DNA of 64,000 bases from an uncultured Candidatus Solibacter sp. Its GTDB lineage: Bacteria; Acidobacteriota; Terriglobia; Bryobacterales; Bryobacteraceae. The DNA lies in assembly GCA_964558355.1 (NCBI GenBank), contig CAZLDN010000005.1, positions 10,818 to 74,817 on the forward strand, given 5' to 3'. This document shows positions 47,901-56,924 of the stretch, one piece after another. The position numbers and the translations under genes were made by a program. Under the pieces are notes generated by a model. That model had not been told where the DNA came from, searched no databases, and worked only from the letters and a program-made list of their open reading frames with translations. The stretch's first letter is position 1. Each line of letters begins with the position of its first letter.

Positions 47901-48403
47901 TGCAGTTGCCCTGGGAACTGGCGGGCCTGGCCGCGGCGAAGCTCAAGGTTTCGCTCGACGGCTTTACGTCAACCAGTTTGTATGCAGCCAAGATCGCCGC
48001 GGCGTCGCCAGCACTGCTGCAGCTCACCGATTCGGAGACGGGACAGCGGTTCCCGCGAGCGTGGGACGATTCCGGCCAGGAGATCAACAGCGTGAACCGC
48101 GCCCGCCGCGGCAGCCGGATCCTGCTGCTGGCAAACGGGTTAGGCGCGGTTGAGAACCAGCCCGAGTCGGGTAAGCCCGCTCTGGATGATCCACCATCGA
48201 TTCTCAAGGCCGAACTGGATGTGACCGTGGGCGGACGGGCGGCATCTGTTGAATCAGCAAGGCTGATGCCCGGGCGGGTGGCCGATTACGAAATCATCCT
48301 TGTCGTGCCCGGCGATCTCCCGGCCGGGGAGCGGGTGCAATCTTTGCAGGTGACCGTGAACGGAATCTCAAGCAAGACTGTAAACCTGCCGATAACGGAT
48401 TGA
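44951..48403 (+). CDS. Secreted S8 subtilisin-family protease with I9-like propeptide, PA domain, Fn3/Ig-like domains and a Solibacter-type C-terminal Ig-like domain
   Basis: Catalytic triad in IGVIDTGID, GHGTAVA and GTSFAVPLVAG. The C-terminal VNAADGS...AAGSMVSIRGRGL...LPLSLGGVSVSL...VSDGRIDVQLPWEL pattern resembles the TIGR03437-type domain. The start is uncertain (ATG 44951 or GTG 45035, before the signal peptide ILLKAFAALVLTGVLAAGQA). Confidence 0.88.
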   Translation: MIPLFQWIGQSRLPERRNQAASACVRKGVERRILLKAFAALVLTGVLAAGQAPPRTASVVGTPEDAGPRSRWMVLLEDAPVGDAVVDRSELRSGHAVSALRRVRLGQDRVRQYARSRRLPIVGSTHTLLNSITVMATRAEAADVATLPGVSRVIASEPVTRAGNRALGLVRAPEAWRAIGDIDKAGLGVKIGVIDTGIDQSHPAFSDTSLPETARLCRESTGDCAFTNPKVIAARSYVRMLSTPEYPEDSRPDDLSPRDRVGHGTAVAFLAAAAIHESPIGVIAGVAPKAYLGNYKVFGSPGVNDVTFTDVVAAALEDALYDGMDVVTLSLSFPAVFGPGDTAPGGCSGLPDGTACDPRVEYIQRAARLGLTCVVAAGNEGDSGQYMPSFNTIGSPGTTPEAITVGATTNAHAMTNSVAATGADVPEALKLIPALFGNGPKPAEPLEAALVDVKKLEDDGQACSPLPGGSLDGSIALIEAGGCLLRTKVTHAANAGAKAVLFMRGPGNNSIFSPQGLWYTPIPLILVGHDNGVLLREHFTAAPGRTVSLNPGFVEYDATDFADYAAYFSSQGPAIGTGGFKPDLVAPGTDLYAATQMFDDQGDMFDKSGYTAVQGTSFAVPLVAGAVALSRQFFPGLTEFPENQRAAILKSSVVNTADPEIYDVDSSGETIYASVVAMGSGKLDAESALATMATVSPATLSFGVLSDANWPVKRSLVFRNHSAAPLELSLSLERWTDDNLGKITITPSAFTLQAGAESEPVKIELGGQAPLPGRYEGVIKVGGAGAPFQIPFLYLVGDGVPHNIIPVRNGSFTGQVDKVLRGGLLFKVVDRYGVPVPNVPVQWRVVSGGGEITAAYPSLSDPRTDIYGIGEATTVWLGDRLGDQVFEAEIPVLAPLQFIGQARLSPVIESDGVVNAADGSASEGLAAGSMVSIRGRGLSEFTLWAKGPELPLSLGGVSVSLDAPEQGVQAPAHIAFVSDGRIDVQLPWELAGLAAAKLKVSLDGFTSTSLYAAKIAAASPALLQLTDSETGQRFPRAWDDSGQEINSVNRARRGSRILLLANGLGAVENQPESGKPALDDPPSILKAELDVTVGGRAASVESARLMPGRVADYEIILVVPGDLPAGERVQSLQVTVNGISSKTVNLPITD

Positions 48404-48432
48404 GTCTTAGTGTATAGACTGAAAGTCGGAAG

Positions 48433-50799
48433 ATGAAACTGCGCTTACTTTTTGCGTTCGCTGCCGCGCTGGCGGCATCCTGGGCGGCCGAACCGGTCCG
48501 CTACATCGTTGAATTGACAGGCGAACCTGCGATTGTCGCGAAAGAGAGAGACCGGAGTGCGCGGCGCGAAGCGATCGGCCGCGAGCACGCTTCGGCGGAG
48601 CGGGCAATCCGTTCAGTGGCGAAGGGCACGACAGTGGTCGCCAAGTTGGGCACGGCGATCAACGCCCTGATTGTGGAAGGAGATGCGGGCGATCTCGCAA
48701 AGTTGTCATCGCTGCCCGGAGTTAAGCGTGTCCGCATTTCGCGCGACCTCAAGCTGCATCTTGACAGGGCGCCGGACATACACCAGGTCAAGGCGGCGTG
48801 GGAGGCATCCGGGACCCGCGGCAAAGGCATCAAGATCGGCATCGTGGACACCGGAATCCAGCCCGGCCATCCGGCATTCAGGGCGCCTTCAGACATGGCT
48901 GCTCCCGACGGTTTCCCTCTTGCATCGTCGAGCGCCAATCTCGCACTGACTTCGAGCAAAATCATCGTGGCGCGGACATTCGAGTTTGACCGCACGATTA
49001 CTGACACTTACGGTCACGGGACGGCCACGGCGATGATCGCCGCCGGAGTCGAGCATGAGTCGCCTTCCGGCGTCATCTCCGGATTCGCTCCGGACGCTTA
49101 TCTGGGCATCTACAAGGTCGCGCGCTGGGCCACCAATTCGATCCCCACGGATTTCGTTCTCCAGGCGCTCGACGCCGCGGCAGCCGACGGCATGGAAGTA
49201 ATCAACATCAGCCTGGGCTCGCTCGCGCTCGACGCCTACCCCGCCGACGAGATGGCGGAGGCGGCCAACCGCATCGCCGAGGCGGGCATCATCGTGGTCA
49301 ACTCGGCGGGAAACGATGGACCTGAATTGATGACTCTTGACGGTTCAGCGTCCGCTCCATTGGTGATCGGCGTCGGCTCGGTTCAGACCAACCGGGCCAT
49401 TGTCAGTCCCGCCGTCGTTCTGCCCGACGGCTCCACTTTTGATGCGCGAGCCTCGTCGGATGCGACCAGCACCACGGTGAATGTGGAAGGCGTCGTCATC
49501 GACGTGACTCAATTCGACTCCACAAAGCTGCTGTGCGACCGGGTTGCCGATGGAGTGTTAGAGGGCAAGATCCCATTGATCCAGCGCGGCGCCTGCAATT
49601 TCACGGTGAAGTTGAAGAACGCCTACCTGTCGGGTGCGACCACCGCCATCGTCTATAACAAGCCGGACGACACCGACCCGAATTCGCTGGTCACGATGAG
49701 CGTGGATGACGACCCCTCGATTCCAGGGTTATTCATCAGCTACGACAACGGCGCAAAGCTAATCGAAGCCGCCGCTGCCGGGACCGTGGAGACGCCCTAT
49801 CAGGTCAAGGCGCGGTTCGTCATCGCCGGCGACCCGAACAAGCTCAGTTCGTTTTCGAGCATCGGCCCGTCGATCGACTACACCATCAAGCCCGACCTCG
49901 TGGCGACAGGCAGCAGCGTCTATACGGCCGGCCAAACCGAATACCGGACCGGAGGGCTGTACACCACCAGCGGCTATGTCACTACGTCGGGGACCAGCTT
50001 TTCCGCACCGATGGTGGCTGGCGCGGCGGCAGTAATCAAGGCAGCCCGGCCCGGTCTCTGGCCCGAGGACTACCGGTCGCTCCTCGTGAACACGGCGCGG
50101 CCCATGATGGAGAGCGAATCGGCGGCGATGGATGTGATGAAGGCGGGCGCAGGGTCGCTGAACCTCGATGGCGCGGTTAAGACCAGCCTGGTGGCGCGTC
50201 CGGTCTCGGTTTCGTTTGGTCTACAGAAGGGCGCCGGGTTGGATCTCTGGAGGCAGGTGATCGTCAAGAACATCGCCGCTACCACCAAGACCTACACGCT
50301 TGAACTGCGATCGTCCAATGAAGTGAAGCCGATTCTGACCGACTCGACGCTGACTCTCGACCACGATCAGATTGCCGGACCTCAACTTGGTTTCACGGGC
50401 ACGTTCGAACCCGGCAACTACCAGGGCTTTCTCGTCATTCGGGACGACGAGACTCAAATCGAGATTCGCATCCCCTACTGGCTGGCCGTGAAGACTGGAG
50501 CACCCACCCAGATCAGCATCCCAGTCCTCCCGGAAACGTTCAGAATGGGATCGACGGTCAACTACTATGTTCGCTTGCATGACGTGTCGGGTGCCGTTGT
50601 GGAAGATGTCACGCCCGAGGCGGTGGTTACAAGAGGCAATGCCACCGTCGGCCGCGATTACCAGTCGGCATCCCATCTCACCAAGTCGGAGATCTATCCC
50701 GGCCTTTGGTGGATGCCTGTCACAGTCGGCACTCTGGCCTCAACCATCGAAATCGCAGCCGGCGAGGCTAAGCGCGTCCTCACTGTGACGCCCGATTGA
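48433..50799 (+). CDS. Secreted S8 subtilisin-family protease with I9 propeptide and PA domain
   Basis: Signal peptide MKLRLLFAFAAALAASWA. Catalytic triad in IGIVDTGIQ, GHGTATA and GTSFSAPMVAG. Confidence 0.9.
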   Translation: MKLRLLFAFAAALAASWAAEPVRYIVELTGEPAIVAKERDRSARREAIGREHASAERAIRSVAKGTTVVAKLGTAINALIVEGDAGDLAKLSSLPGVKRVRISRDLKLHLDRAPDIHQVKAAWEASGTRGKGIKIGIVDTGIQPGHPAFRAPSDMAAPDGFPLASSSANLALTSSKIIVARTFEFDRTITDTYGHGTATAMIAAGVEHESPSGVISGFAPDAYLGIYKVARWATNSIPTDFVLQALDAAAADGMEVINISLGSLALDAYPADEMAEAANRIAEAGIIVVNSAGNDGPELMTLDGSASAPLVIGVGSVQTNRAIVSPAVVLPDGSTFDARASSDATSTTVNVEGVVIDVTQFDSTKLLCDRVADGVLEGKIPLIQRGACNFTVKLKNAYLSGATTAIVYNKPDDTDPNSLVTMSVDDDPSIPGLFISYDNGAKLIEAAAAGTVETPYQVKARFVIAGDPNKLSSFSSIGPSIDYTIKPDLVATGSSVYTAGQTEYRTGGLYTTSGYVTTSGTSFSAPMVAGAAAVIKAARPGLWPEDYRSLLVNTARPMMESESAAMDVMKAGAGSLNLDGAVKTSLVARPVSVSFGLQKGAGLDLWRQVIVKNIAATTKTYTLELRSSNEVKPILTDSTLTLDHDQIAGPQLGFTGTFEPGNYQGFLVIRDDETQIEIRIPYWLAVKTGAPTQISIPVLPETFRMGSTVNYYVRLHDVSGAVVEDVTPEAVVTRGNATVGRDYQSASHLTKSEIYPGLWWMPVTVGTLASTIEIAAGEAKRVLTVTPD

Positions 50800-50853
50800 T
50801 TTTGCCGGTTGGGCCGGATTATGAAGTCCGGCCCACGTCGTCTTTACAGACTC

Positions 50854-53256
50854 CTAAAAGACCAACTTCATGCCAGCCGTCGCCCAGCACTTCGGCGTAC
50901 GGAAACCGTCTTCATAGTAGGTCCGGTTCAAAACGTTCTCGGCCCGCACGAAGAAGCGCAGATCCACCTTCTCCGAAAGCGGCTTCGTGTAGCTGGCCGA
51001 GAGGTCCAGCTTGCGCGGCCCGTCGAAACGGTAAGGCCGCGTGCCTGATCCCACGAAGAACGTACCCGAGATCATCTCACTCGCGCCGAAGAAGTCGGCG
51101 GTGATTTGAGTTCGTTTGGTCAACTGCTGCGTAGCCACGAATGTCACGGCGTGGGGGAAGACGCGGATCGCCCTCACACCGCCGTCGGTCAGAATCGAAT
51201 TGCGCTCATCGGCGTTGGTGTAGGTATAGCTGCTTTGCAGCAACATGCTACGCCACGGCCGCGCCTCTCCTGAAAGTTCAAGCCCGCGCGCCAGGCCGCC
51301 GCCCACGTTCACATATCCGCCCCACCGGCCAAACGGGTCGTTCCTCAGCGAAGCGAAACCAATCACCTCCTGGAGCCGCGTGTAGAACACCGTTCCGCTC
51401 ACCCGGACCTTCGAGTAGGCGAAATACTGATCGAAACCGGCGTCCACGGCGATGCTGCGTTCCGGCCTGAGCCGCGGGTCGCCATAGGCGCTGAACGCCC
51501 CCCAGAAAAACGATGCGCCCACACGCTCATAGAGCGCCGGAGCGCGGTAGCCGTTTCCGGCATGGGCGCGCAGCTTGGTGCCGGACGACGGGAGGTAATA
51601 ACTCACCGCGGCATCGCCCGTGTAGGCGTTCTGTGGCGACTTGAACTCAGCACCCTGATACTGCGGCGCGCCCCCGGCAAACGTGGGCGCGAAGAGGTTG
51701 AAATGCTGCATCCTCCCGCTGACCGAAACCTGGAGGCGGTCGTCCAGGAAACGTGCCTGGTCCTGGACAAAGACGGCGTGGCTGCGCTGCTGGGCCGTCG
51801 TCAGGGCGTCGGTCTGGAAACCGGCGCTGGGATTCTGGTCCGTCGCATGGTTGCGATAGGATTCGCGCTCCCACTCGTAACCGGCGGTCAGCAGATTGCC
51901 GCGGGTGAGCCACAGGTCGGTGCGCGCGTTCAGCGTGTCGTACCGGCCCCGGAAGTAGTTGGAACTGTCATAGCCAGGCTGGTAGCCGTAACCCGCCGGG
52001 CCGTTGCGGTGGTCGCGCTCGGATGTGAGGTTGTGCCACGAAATGCGGTACCCGGCGCGGGCGCTGACCTGATGGTTCCAGGTCAGCATCGACGACAGGA
52101 CGCCGCTCAGCCGCTTGCTGTCCGGATCGTAGAGGTTCGGCGCAAATGTCGCGCTGCCCCAGTTGACACCCAGGCCCTGCTCCAGCCGGAGAACCTCGCC
52201 GGCCGGCAGCGGACGCGCATCCACGATACCAACGCCCAAAGGCAGATTCGCCGTAAGTGCGGCCACGGGATTGCTCGTGAGGCCTGACGTTCCGCCGAAG
52301 CCCATCAATCGGGCCGTCAACGATACGCCGGGCCTGAAATGGAACTGCGCCAGACCCTGGCCCGAGGTGTTCTTGACGTTCTCAATGCCGTCGATCCCGC
52401 CGTTGACGTTCAAGTGCGCCAGGCCCGCGCTGTATTGCAGCCGGTTGTCCATGGCGCCGCCCGCGACGTGCGCCAACCCGCGCATCAACCCAAGGCCGCC
52501 GCCTTCGCCCGACAGCTCGCCTCGAATCGGGCCGCCGCCGGAGTCCGTCACGATGTTGTAGACGCCGCCAATTGAATTCGAACCGTAGAGCGACGAACCC
52601 GATCCGCGCAATACCTCGATCCGGTCCGACCCGGCCACCAGCAGGTCGCCGATGAACGCGGTCGCGTCCCCCTGAACCGAAGCGGCGTCGCGCAAGCGGG
52701 CGCCATCGATCGTGATCGACGTGTCATAGGCTCGCAATCCGCGAGTCAGGATGCGCGTGAACGACCCCGGCCCGCCGAGCTGCTGCACGCGCACGCCCGG
52801 CACGTTGCGCACGCTCTCGGCGAATGTGATCTCGCCCCGCCTCTCGATTTCGGCCGAGTCCACCACGTCAAGCGCCTTGCTGGTCTGGTCCGTCGAAACC
52901 GGCGTGGAAGAGGCGGTCACCAGGACTCGCGTCGAAAGCCCCTGAATCGACAACTTGATTTCGATCACCGTCGCCCTTGCCGGATCGACGGTGACTTCAA
53001 CCGGGCTGCCCTGATCGAAGCCTGTTGTCCGGGCCTCGGCCAGGTATTGGCCTGCGGGCAGGGAATCGAACTCGAACTCCCCCCCAGGTCCTGTCCTGGT
53101 TGTCTGGGTAAAGCTGGACGACCGGCCAAAGATACGTACCGAAGCGCCGGCGACGGCGGCCGATTGCGGATCTATGACTGTTCCTTTGAGAATGCCCGCC
53201 GATTGTGCAGGCAGTGATGCTGCAAGAAGCAGCGTGAAAACGAAAGCGCGTATCAT
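50854..53256 (-). CDS. TonB-dependent outer-membrane receptor with an N-terminal carboxypeptidase-regulatory-like domain (cobalamin-regulated, BtuB-like role inferred)
   Basis: Signal peptide MIRAFVFTLLLAASLPAQS. CarbopepD_reg-like segment GTVIDPQSAAVAGASVRIFG. Plug segment IEVLRGSGSSLYGSNSIGGVYNIVT. C-terminal ...GMKLVF (terminal Phe). A riboswitch lies in its leader. Confidence 0.9.
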   Translation of the reverse strand: MIRAFVFTLLLAASLPAQSAGILKGTVIDPQSAAVAGASVRIFGRSSSFTQTTRTGPGGEFEFDSLPAGQYLAEARTTGFDQGSPVEVTVDPARATVIEIKLSIQGLSTRVLVTASSTPVSTDQTSKALDVVDSAEIERRGEITFAESVRNVPGVRVQQLGGPGSFTRILTRGLRAYDTSITIDGARLRDAASVQGDATAFIGDLLVAGSDRIEVLRGSGSSLYGSNSIGGVYNIVTDSGGGPIRGELSGEGGGLGLMRGLAHVAGGAMDNRLQYSAGLAHLNVNGGIDGIENVKNTSGQGLAQFHFRPGVSLTARLMGFGGTSGLTSNPVAALTANLPLGVGIVDARPLPAGEVLRLEQGLGVNWGSATFAPNLYDPDSKRLSGVLSSMLTWNHQVSARAGYRISWHNLTSERDHRNGPAGYGYQPGYDSSNYFRGRYDTLNARTDLWLTRGNLLTAGYEWERESYRNHATDQNPSAGFQTDALTTAQQRSHAVFVQDQARFLDDRLQVSVSGRMQHFNLFAPTFAGGAPQYQGAEFKSPQNAYTGDAAVSYYLPSSGTKLRAHAGNGYRAPALYERVGASFFWGAFSAYGDPRLRPERSIAVDAGFDQYFAYSKVRVSGTVFYTRLQEVIGFASLRNDPFGRWGGYVNVGGGLARGLELSGEARPWRSMLLQSSYTYTNADERNSILTDGGVRAIRVFPHAVTFVATQQLTKRTQITADFFGASEMISGTFFVGSGTRPYRFDGPRKLDLSASYTKPLSEKVDLRFFVRAENVLNRTYYEDGFRTPKCWATAGMKLVF

Positions 53257-53304
53257 GTGCGCTCCTCCCTCGAGAGCGGTGGTATCCGCGGACATATTTG
53301 CCGC

Positions 53305-53510
53305 GGCGCAAGGCAGGTCTTCGGACTTACGGGCGTGTGACAGACGATGGGCTCGTCCGCCGGTTCCTACTTGCCGCGGCTTCCCGGTCTCTTGAAGGAG
53401 GCCAGTGCCTGTGGGCGGCTTTGGTTCCCGTTTACCGCTGCGGGGCAGTCCCGGATTTCCACCGGGTTCCCTCTTGGCGACCGGCCATCCGGCCGGTCGA
53501 CCCTACGCAT
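53305..53510 (-). promoter_or_regulatory. Cobalamin (B12) riboswitch in the 5' leader of the TonB-dependent receptor gene
   Basis: The minus strand reads CCAAGAGGGAACCCGGTGGAAATCCGGGACTGCCCCGCAGCGGTAA...GGCACTGGCC...GACCGGGAAGCC...GTAAGTCCGAAGACCTGCC. This matches the conserved core seen in E. coli btuB (AATAGGGAATCCAGTGCGAATCTGGAGCTGACGCGCAGCGGTAA) and its B12 box (CAAGCCCGAAGACCTGCC). Confidence 0.82.
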
Positions 53511-53636
53511 TCCGATGGTAAGGTCCGACTGGACGGCGTGTCAATCACCCTGGCCGGCGGGGAGATTAGGCTGCGGCGGGTCATCAGGCGTCCATTCCGC
53601 GGATCGGCCGGGTTCTGTTGAGCAAACCCTGCCTGC

Positions 53637-54161
53637 CTACTTGCGGTTCAGGAGCCGGTCGATGGCGGCATCCAAACCCTGGCCCTCGAACACGGATTTC
53701 GTCGATTCGCTCCACGCCCAGTCCTCCCGGATCATCCCGCTGCCGTCCACCAGTAGCAACTGGGGCAGGTTGATCTTCGGGTTCTGCGGGCTCACTTTCA
53801 GAATCGCGGCGGCGGCCTGGCCGCAATCAAACAGGAACGGGGAACTGACCCGGTACTTGGCGGCAAACTGCGACACCGTCGCCTGCGTGTCCGGCGGGAC
53901 CACGATCGCCAGCACACTGATCTTGCCCGCGTACTTCGCCCTCACCCGCTCCAGATTGGGCGCCATCGTCTGGCAGTGCGCGCATGTCGTCTGCATGATA
54001 TCGAGCAACAGAGGCTTGCCCCTGTAGTCGAGCACATCATGGACCTTCAGGTTTGAATCCGGCAAAGCGAAGCTCGGCAGGCGGCGGCCGGAAAGCGGTC
54101 CCGCGGTGGAAAGTCCAGGCGCCAGTGCGGCGGCCGAAGCAAGCAGCGTTCTTCTCGTCAC
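53637..54161 (-). CDS. Secreted TlpA/ResA-like thiol-disulfide oxidoreductase (thioredoxin fold)
   Basis: Tat-like N-terminus MTRRTLLASAAALAPG. Active site TTCAHCQ. Motif YRGKPLLLDIMQ. Confidence 0.85.
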   Translation of the reverse strand: MTRRTLLASAAALAPGLSTAGPLSGRRLPSFALPDSNLKVHDVLDYRGKPLLLDIMQTTCAHCQTMAPNLERVRAKYAGKISVLAIVVPPDTQATVSQFAAKYRVSSPFLFDCGQAAAAILKVSPQNPKINLPQLLLVDGSGMIREDWAWSESTKSVFEGQGLDAAIDRLLNRK

Positions 54162-54193
54162 CCTACCAGTTTAGCTGCTTAGCCCAAACCGGT

Positions 54194-55222
54194 TCATGAC
54201 TTCACCAATGCCGCTAACGTCTCAGTGTAAGGGGCCCGCACGACGCCTTTCTCCGTGATAATCGCCGTGACGTAACGCGCCGGCGTCACATCAAACGCCG
54301 GGTTCTCCACTTCGACTCCCTCCGGCGCCACCGGTACGCCGAAGACCTCGGTCACCTCGGTCGACGGCCGTTGCTCGATCGGAATCTGATCGCCCGAATC
54401 CAGCGTCAGGTCCAGCGTCGAGATCGGCGCGGCGACATAGAACGGCACGCCATTCTCCTTCGCCAGCACCGCGACGCCATACGTCCCCACTTTGTTCGCC
54501 ACGTCGCCATTACGCGCGATCCGGTCCGCGCCGACAACGACGCAGCCGATCCGCCCGCTCTTCAGGAAATGGCCCGCCATGTTGTCGGTGATCAGTTTCA
54601 CCGGAATCCCGTCCTGCATCAACTCCCACGCCGTCAGACGCGCCCCTTGAAGAAACGGGCGCGTCTCGTCGGCGAAGACGTCGATCTTCTTGCCCGCCGC
54701 CACAGCCGCGCGGATCACGCCCAGCGCCGTGCCGTAACCAGCCGTAGCCAGCGCGCCTGCGTTGCAGTGCGTCAAAACGGTCTTACCGTCCGGCACCAGC
54801 GGTGCGCCGTGTGCGCCCATGGCGCGGTTGATGGCGATGTCCTCTTCATAGACATTGATCGCCTCGGCTTCCATCGCCGCCCTCACCGCTTCGATGCCCT
54901 GGCCCTTCACGCTCGCGTAGAGCCGCTTCATCCGGTCAATCGCCCAGAACAGGTTCACCGCCGTCGGACGCGTTGCCGCAAGCGTGTCGCAGATCTGCTC
55001 GAATTCCGCGTCCAACGTCTCCGCCGAAGCCTGCCTCACGCCCAGCGCGACGCCCATCGCCGCCGCCACGCCAATCGCCGGCGCCCCGCGGATCACCATC
55101 GTCTTGATCGCCTCAGCCACCTCTTCATACGTCGTGCACGTGACGTACTCTTCCACTCTTGGCAAGCGCGTCTGATCGATCATCACCACGCCCAGCGGAG
55201 TCCATTGAATTGTCTCGACCAT
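54194..55222 (-). CDS. mtnA: S-methyl-5-thioribose-1-phosphate isomerase
   Basis: Motifs [35 protein letters not shown] and [21 protein letters not shown]. The start was trimmed to ATG 55222, which shares 1 nt with the upstream stop (TAATG). The 519-aa track ORF is an artefactual extension. Confidence 0.92.
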   Translation of the reverse strand: MVETIQWTPLGVVMIDQTRLPRVEEYVTCTTYEEVAEAIKTMVIRGAPAIGVAAAMGVALGVRQASAETLDAEFEQICDTLAATRPTAVNLFWAIDRMKRLYASVKGQGIEAVRAAMEAEAINVYEEDIAINRAMGAHGAPLVPDGKTVLTHCNAGALATAGYGTALGVIRAAVAAGKKIDVFADETRPFLQGARLTAWELMQDGIPVKLITDNMAGHFLKSGRIGCVVVGADRIARNGDVANKVGTYGVAVLAKENGVPFYVAAPISTLDLTLDSGDQIPIEQRPSTEVTEVFGVPVAPEGVEVENPAFDVTPARYVTAIITEKGVVRAPYTETLAALVKS

Positions 55223-55962
55223 TAGAAGAAGCGGTCCCTTTCCTGGAGCAGGAAGCCCGTGAAGAATGTCAGGTTGTAGGTCGCATGAACCAGCGTCGAT
55301 GCCGCCGTCGAACCTGTCTTGATCCTGATCAGGCAGAACGCCACCGATGCCAGGAGCAGTAGCAAAAGATGTTGCCATGACCACGAATACTGCGGCCCGT
55401 GCAACGCCACGAACGTAGCGCTGCAGAGGGCGACGCCTCCCGCCGTCCCGAAACTCCTCATCATGAGCGGCAGCAGGAATCCGCGGAAGCCAAGTTCCTC
55501 GGCCAGCGGCCCGAACGTCGTCGCGAACAGTCCCACCAGCAACGTCGGCCATCGCCCGACAAGCAGTTTCTGAATCGGGTTGTCGATCTCCGGCGTATGC
55601 ATCAACCCGCCAACGATCACCACCGCCACGGCCAGCATCGGCCCGGCGAACAGCGTCATCCCCATCCGCGGCCACGGCGCGATCCACCCCATCGCAGGCC
55701 AGAACGGCTCGTCGTACTTCATCCTCAACAGGAAATAGAGGGCCGCGAACCACAGCAGATACCAGGAAAACTGGAAACTCAACGCAGTCAGCGCCACGCT
55801 CCCGCCGGCCGGCAGGATCATCTTGAGGCCCTTGCTAAGCAGCAGCGCCAGGGCCAGACTCGGTAGACCGAGCCCAACGAACATGCCCACGTCGGACCAG
55901 TCCCAGAACGGCTGCCCGGCCTGCGGTCGAACTTCAACCTCGCTGTTCGGCGTCGGGTTCAT
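55222..55962 (-). CDS. CPBP-family intramembrane glutamic endopeptidase (CAAX protease / Abi type)
   Basis: Motifs [12 protein letters not shown] (EExxFRG), FVALH and HATYN. Multiple TM segments. Confidence 0.82.
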   Translation of the reverse strand: MNPTPNSEVEVRPQAGQPFWDWSDVGMFVGLGLPSLALALLLSKGLKMILPAGGSVALTALSFQFSWYLLWFAALYFLLRMKYDEPFWPAMGWIAPWPRMGMTLFAGPMLAVAVVIVGGLMHTPEIDNPIQKLLVGRWPTLLVGLFATTFGPLAEELGFRGFLLPLMMRSFGTAGGVALCSATFVALHGPQYSWSWQHLLLLLLASVAFCLIRIKTGSTAASTLVHATYNLTFFTGFLLQERDRFF

Positions 55963-56918
55963 GCGTCAGAATCGGCCAGAATCGCCGCCAAGAGGGGAAT
56001 CATGATCTCATGATGCCCGGTTAGCGAGTAGCCTCTACCTCCCGACTTGGCGTGCGGACGGTCCACCACATTTGCCTTCGGCCTGTAATGTTGCAGGAAA
56101 TCGAAATTGACCGTGGTGAAGTTCGCCAGCGGATACCCAAGGTTCCTCACCACCGACACCGCCTTCAGAAATACTTCTGGCAACAGCACGGCCGACCCCA
56201 CGTTCAAATAGACCCCGCCGTCGTTCAACTCCCGCGCAATCGCACAAAACAGCTTGAAATCGTGATGCGTCGCCTGGCCGATCGCCGCGCCCTCAGCCGC
56301 CGGATGCGTGTGCGGCGTGTCCGTTCCAATCGCCACATGCACTGTCACCGGAACCGCTCGCTGGTAAGCCTGTACCTGCAAACACGCGCCTGCGAATTCC
56401 GCTTTTGCCAGCCCGCAGATCGCTTCCCCAAGCGCCTCGCCCATGCCCAAGCCCTTCGCCGCGCCTGAACGAATCGCCACGTTCATCTCGCGCCCAGTCT
56501 CTTCAGCCGTCCCGAATCGCCCGTCCGGCAGCACCGACTCGACATCCTCGCTTGTCGCCCCCGCAATGCCGATCTCGAAATCGTGGATCGTCGCCGCTCC
56601 GTTCATGACGAATCCGGTGACATAACCCATGTCCATCAACTCGGTCAATACAGGCGCAAGTCCGCACTTGATCACATGCCCGCCCATCCCCCACAGAATC
56701 GCCCGCCGCTTCCTCTTCGCCTCAATCAGCGCCGCCACCACGCCGCGCAGCGAATCCGCCGCCAGGATCTTCGGCAGTCCATCCAGCCAGCGCGAGAAGC
56801 TCACGCCCTTTGGCGGCGGCGTTCCCATGTGCTCCAGTTGCACCTTGCCACCGCGCTCGGCGATCGGGATCGTCGAAAGGTTTTCGAAATCCAACGGGCT
56901 GTAAGAATACCTGCTCAC
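55959..56918 (-). CDS. Conserved-looking 319-aa hypothetical protein (Rossmann-like; family not recognised)
   Basis: It is tightly packed between uvrA (6-nt gap) and the CPBP gene (ATGA overlap). ILWGMGGHVIKCG...VMNGAATIHDFE faintly recalls the deoxyhypusine-synthase/Sir2-like folds, but I cannot support an assignment. Confidence 0.5.
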   Translation of the reverse strand: MSRYSYSPLDFENLSTIPIAERGGKVQLEHMGTPPPKGVSFSRWLDGLPKILAADSLRGVVAALIEAKRKRRAILWGMGGHVIKCGLAPVLTELMDMGYVTGFVMNGAATIHDFEIGIAGATSEDVESVLPDGRFGTAEETGREMNVAIRSGAAKGLGMGEALGEAICGLAKAEFAGACLQVQAYQRAVPVTVHVAIGTDTPHTHPAAEGAAIGQATHHDFKLFCAIARELNDGGVYLNVGSAVLLPEVFLKAVSVVRNLGYPLANFTTVNFDFLQHYRPKANVVDRPHAKSGGRGYSLTGHHEIMIPLLAAILADSDA

Positions 56919-56924
56919 GGCGTA

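Noticed and set aside
53347-54027. 226-aa plus-strand ORF spanning the riboswitch and the TlpA gene
   Set aside because: It is antisense to a clear thioredoxin-fold gene and overlaps a region better explained by the cobalamin riboswitch.
54194-55753. 519-aa version of the mtnA ORF
   Set aside because: The first 177 codons overlap the CPBP protease gene in another frame and are Arg/Asp/Gly-rich. The conserved MtnA N-terminus begins at ATG 55222, which is coupled to the upstream stop.
55959-56918. Assignment of the 319-aa protein as deoxyhypusine synthase, with a polyamine link to mtnA
   Set aside because: Only a short GGHVIK-like segment resembles DHS, and the spacing of the other conserved elements does not fit. 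It is kept as hypothetical.
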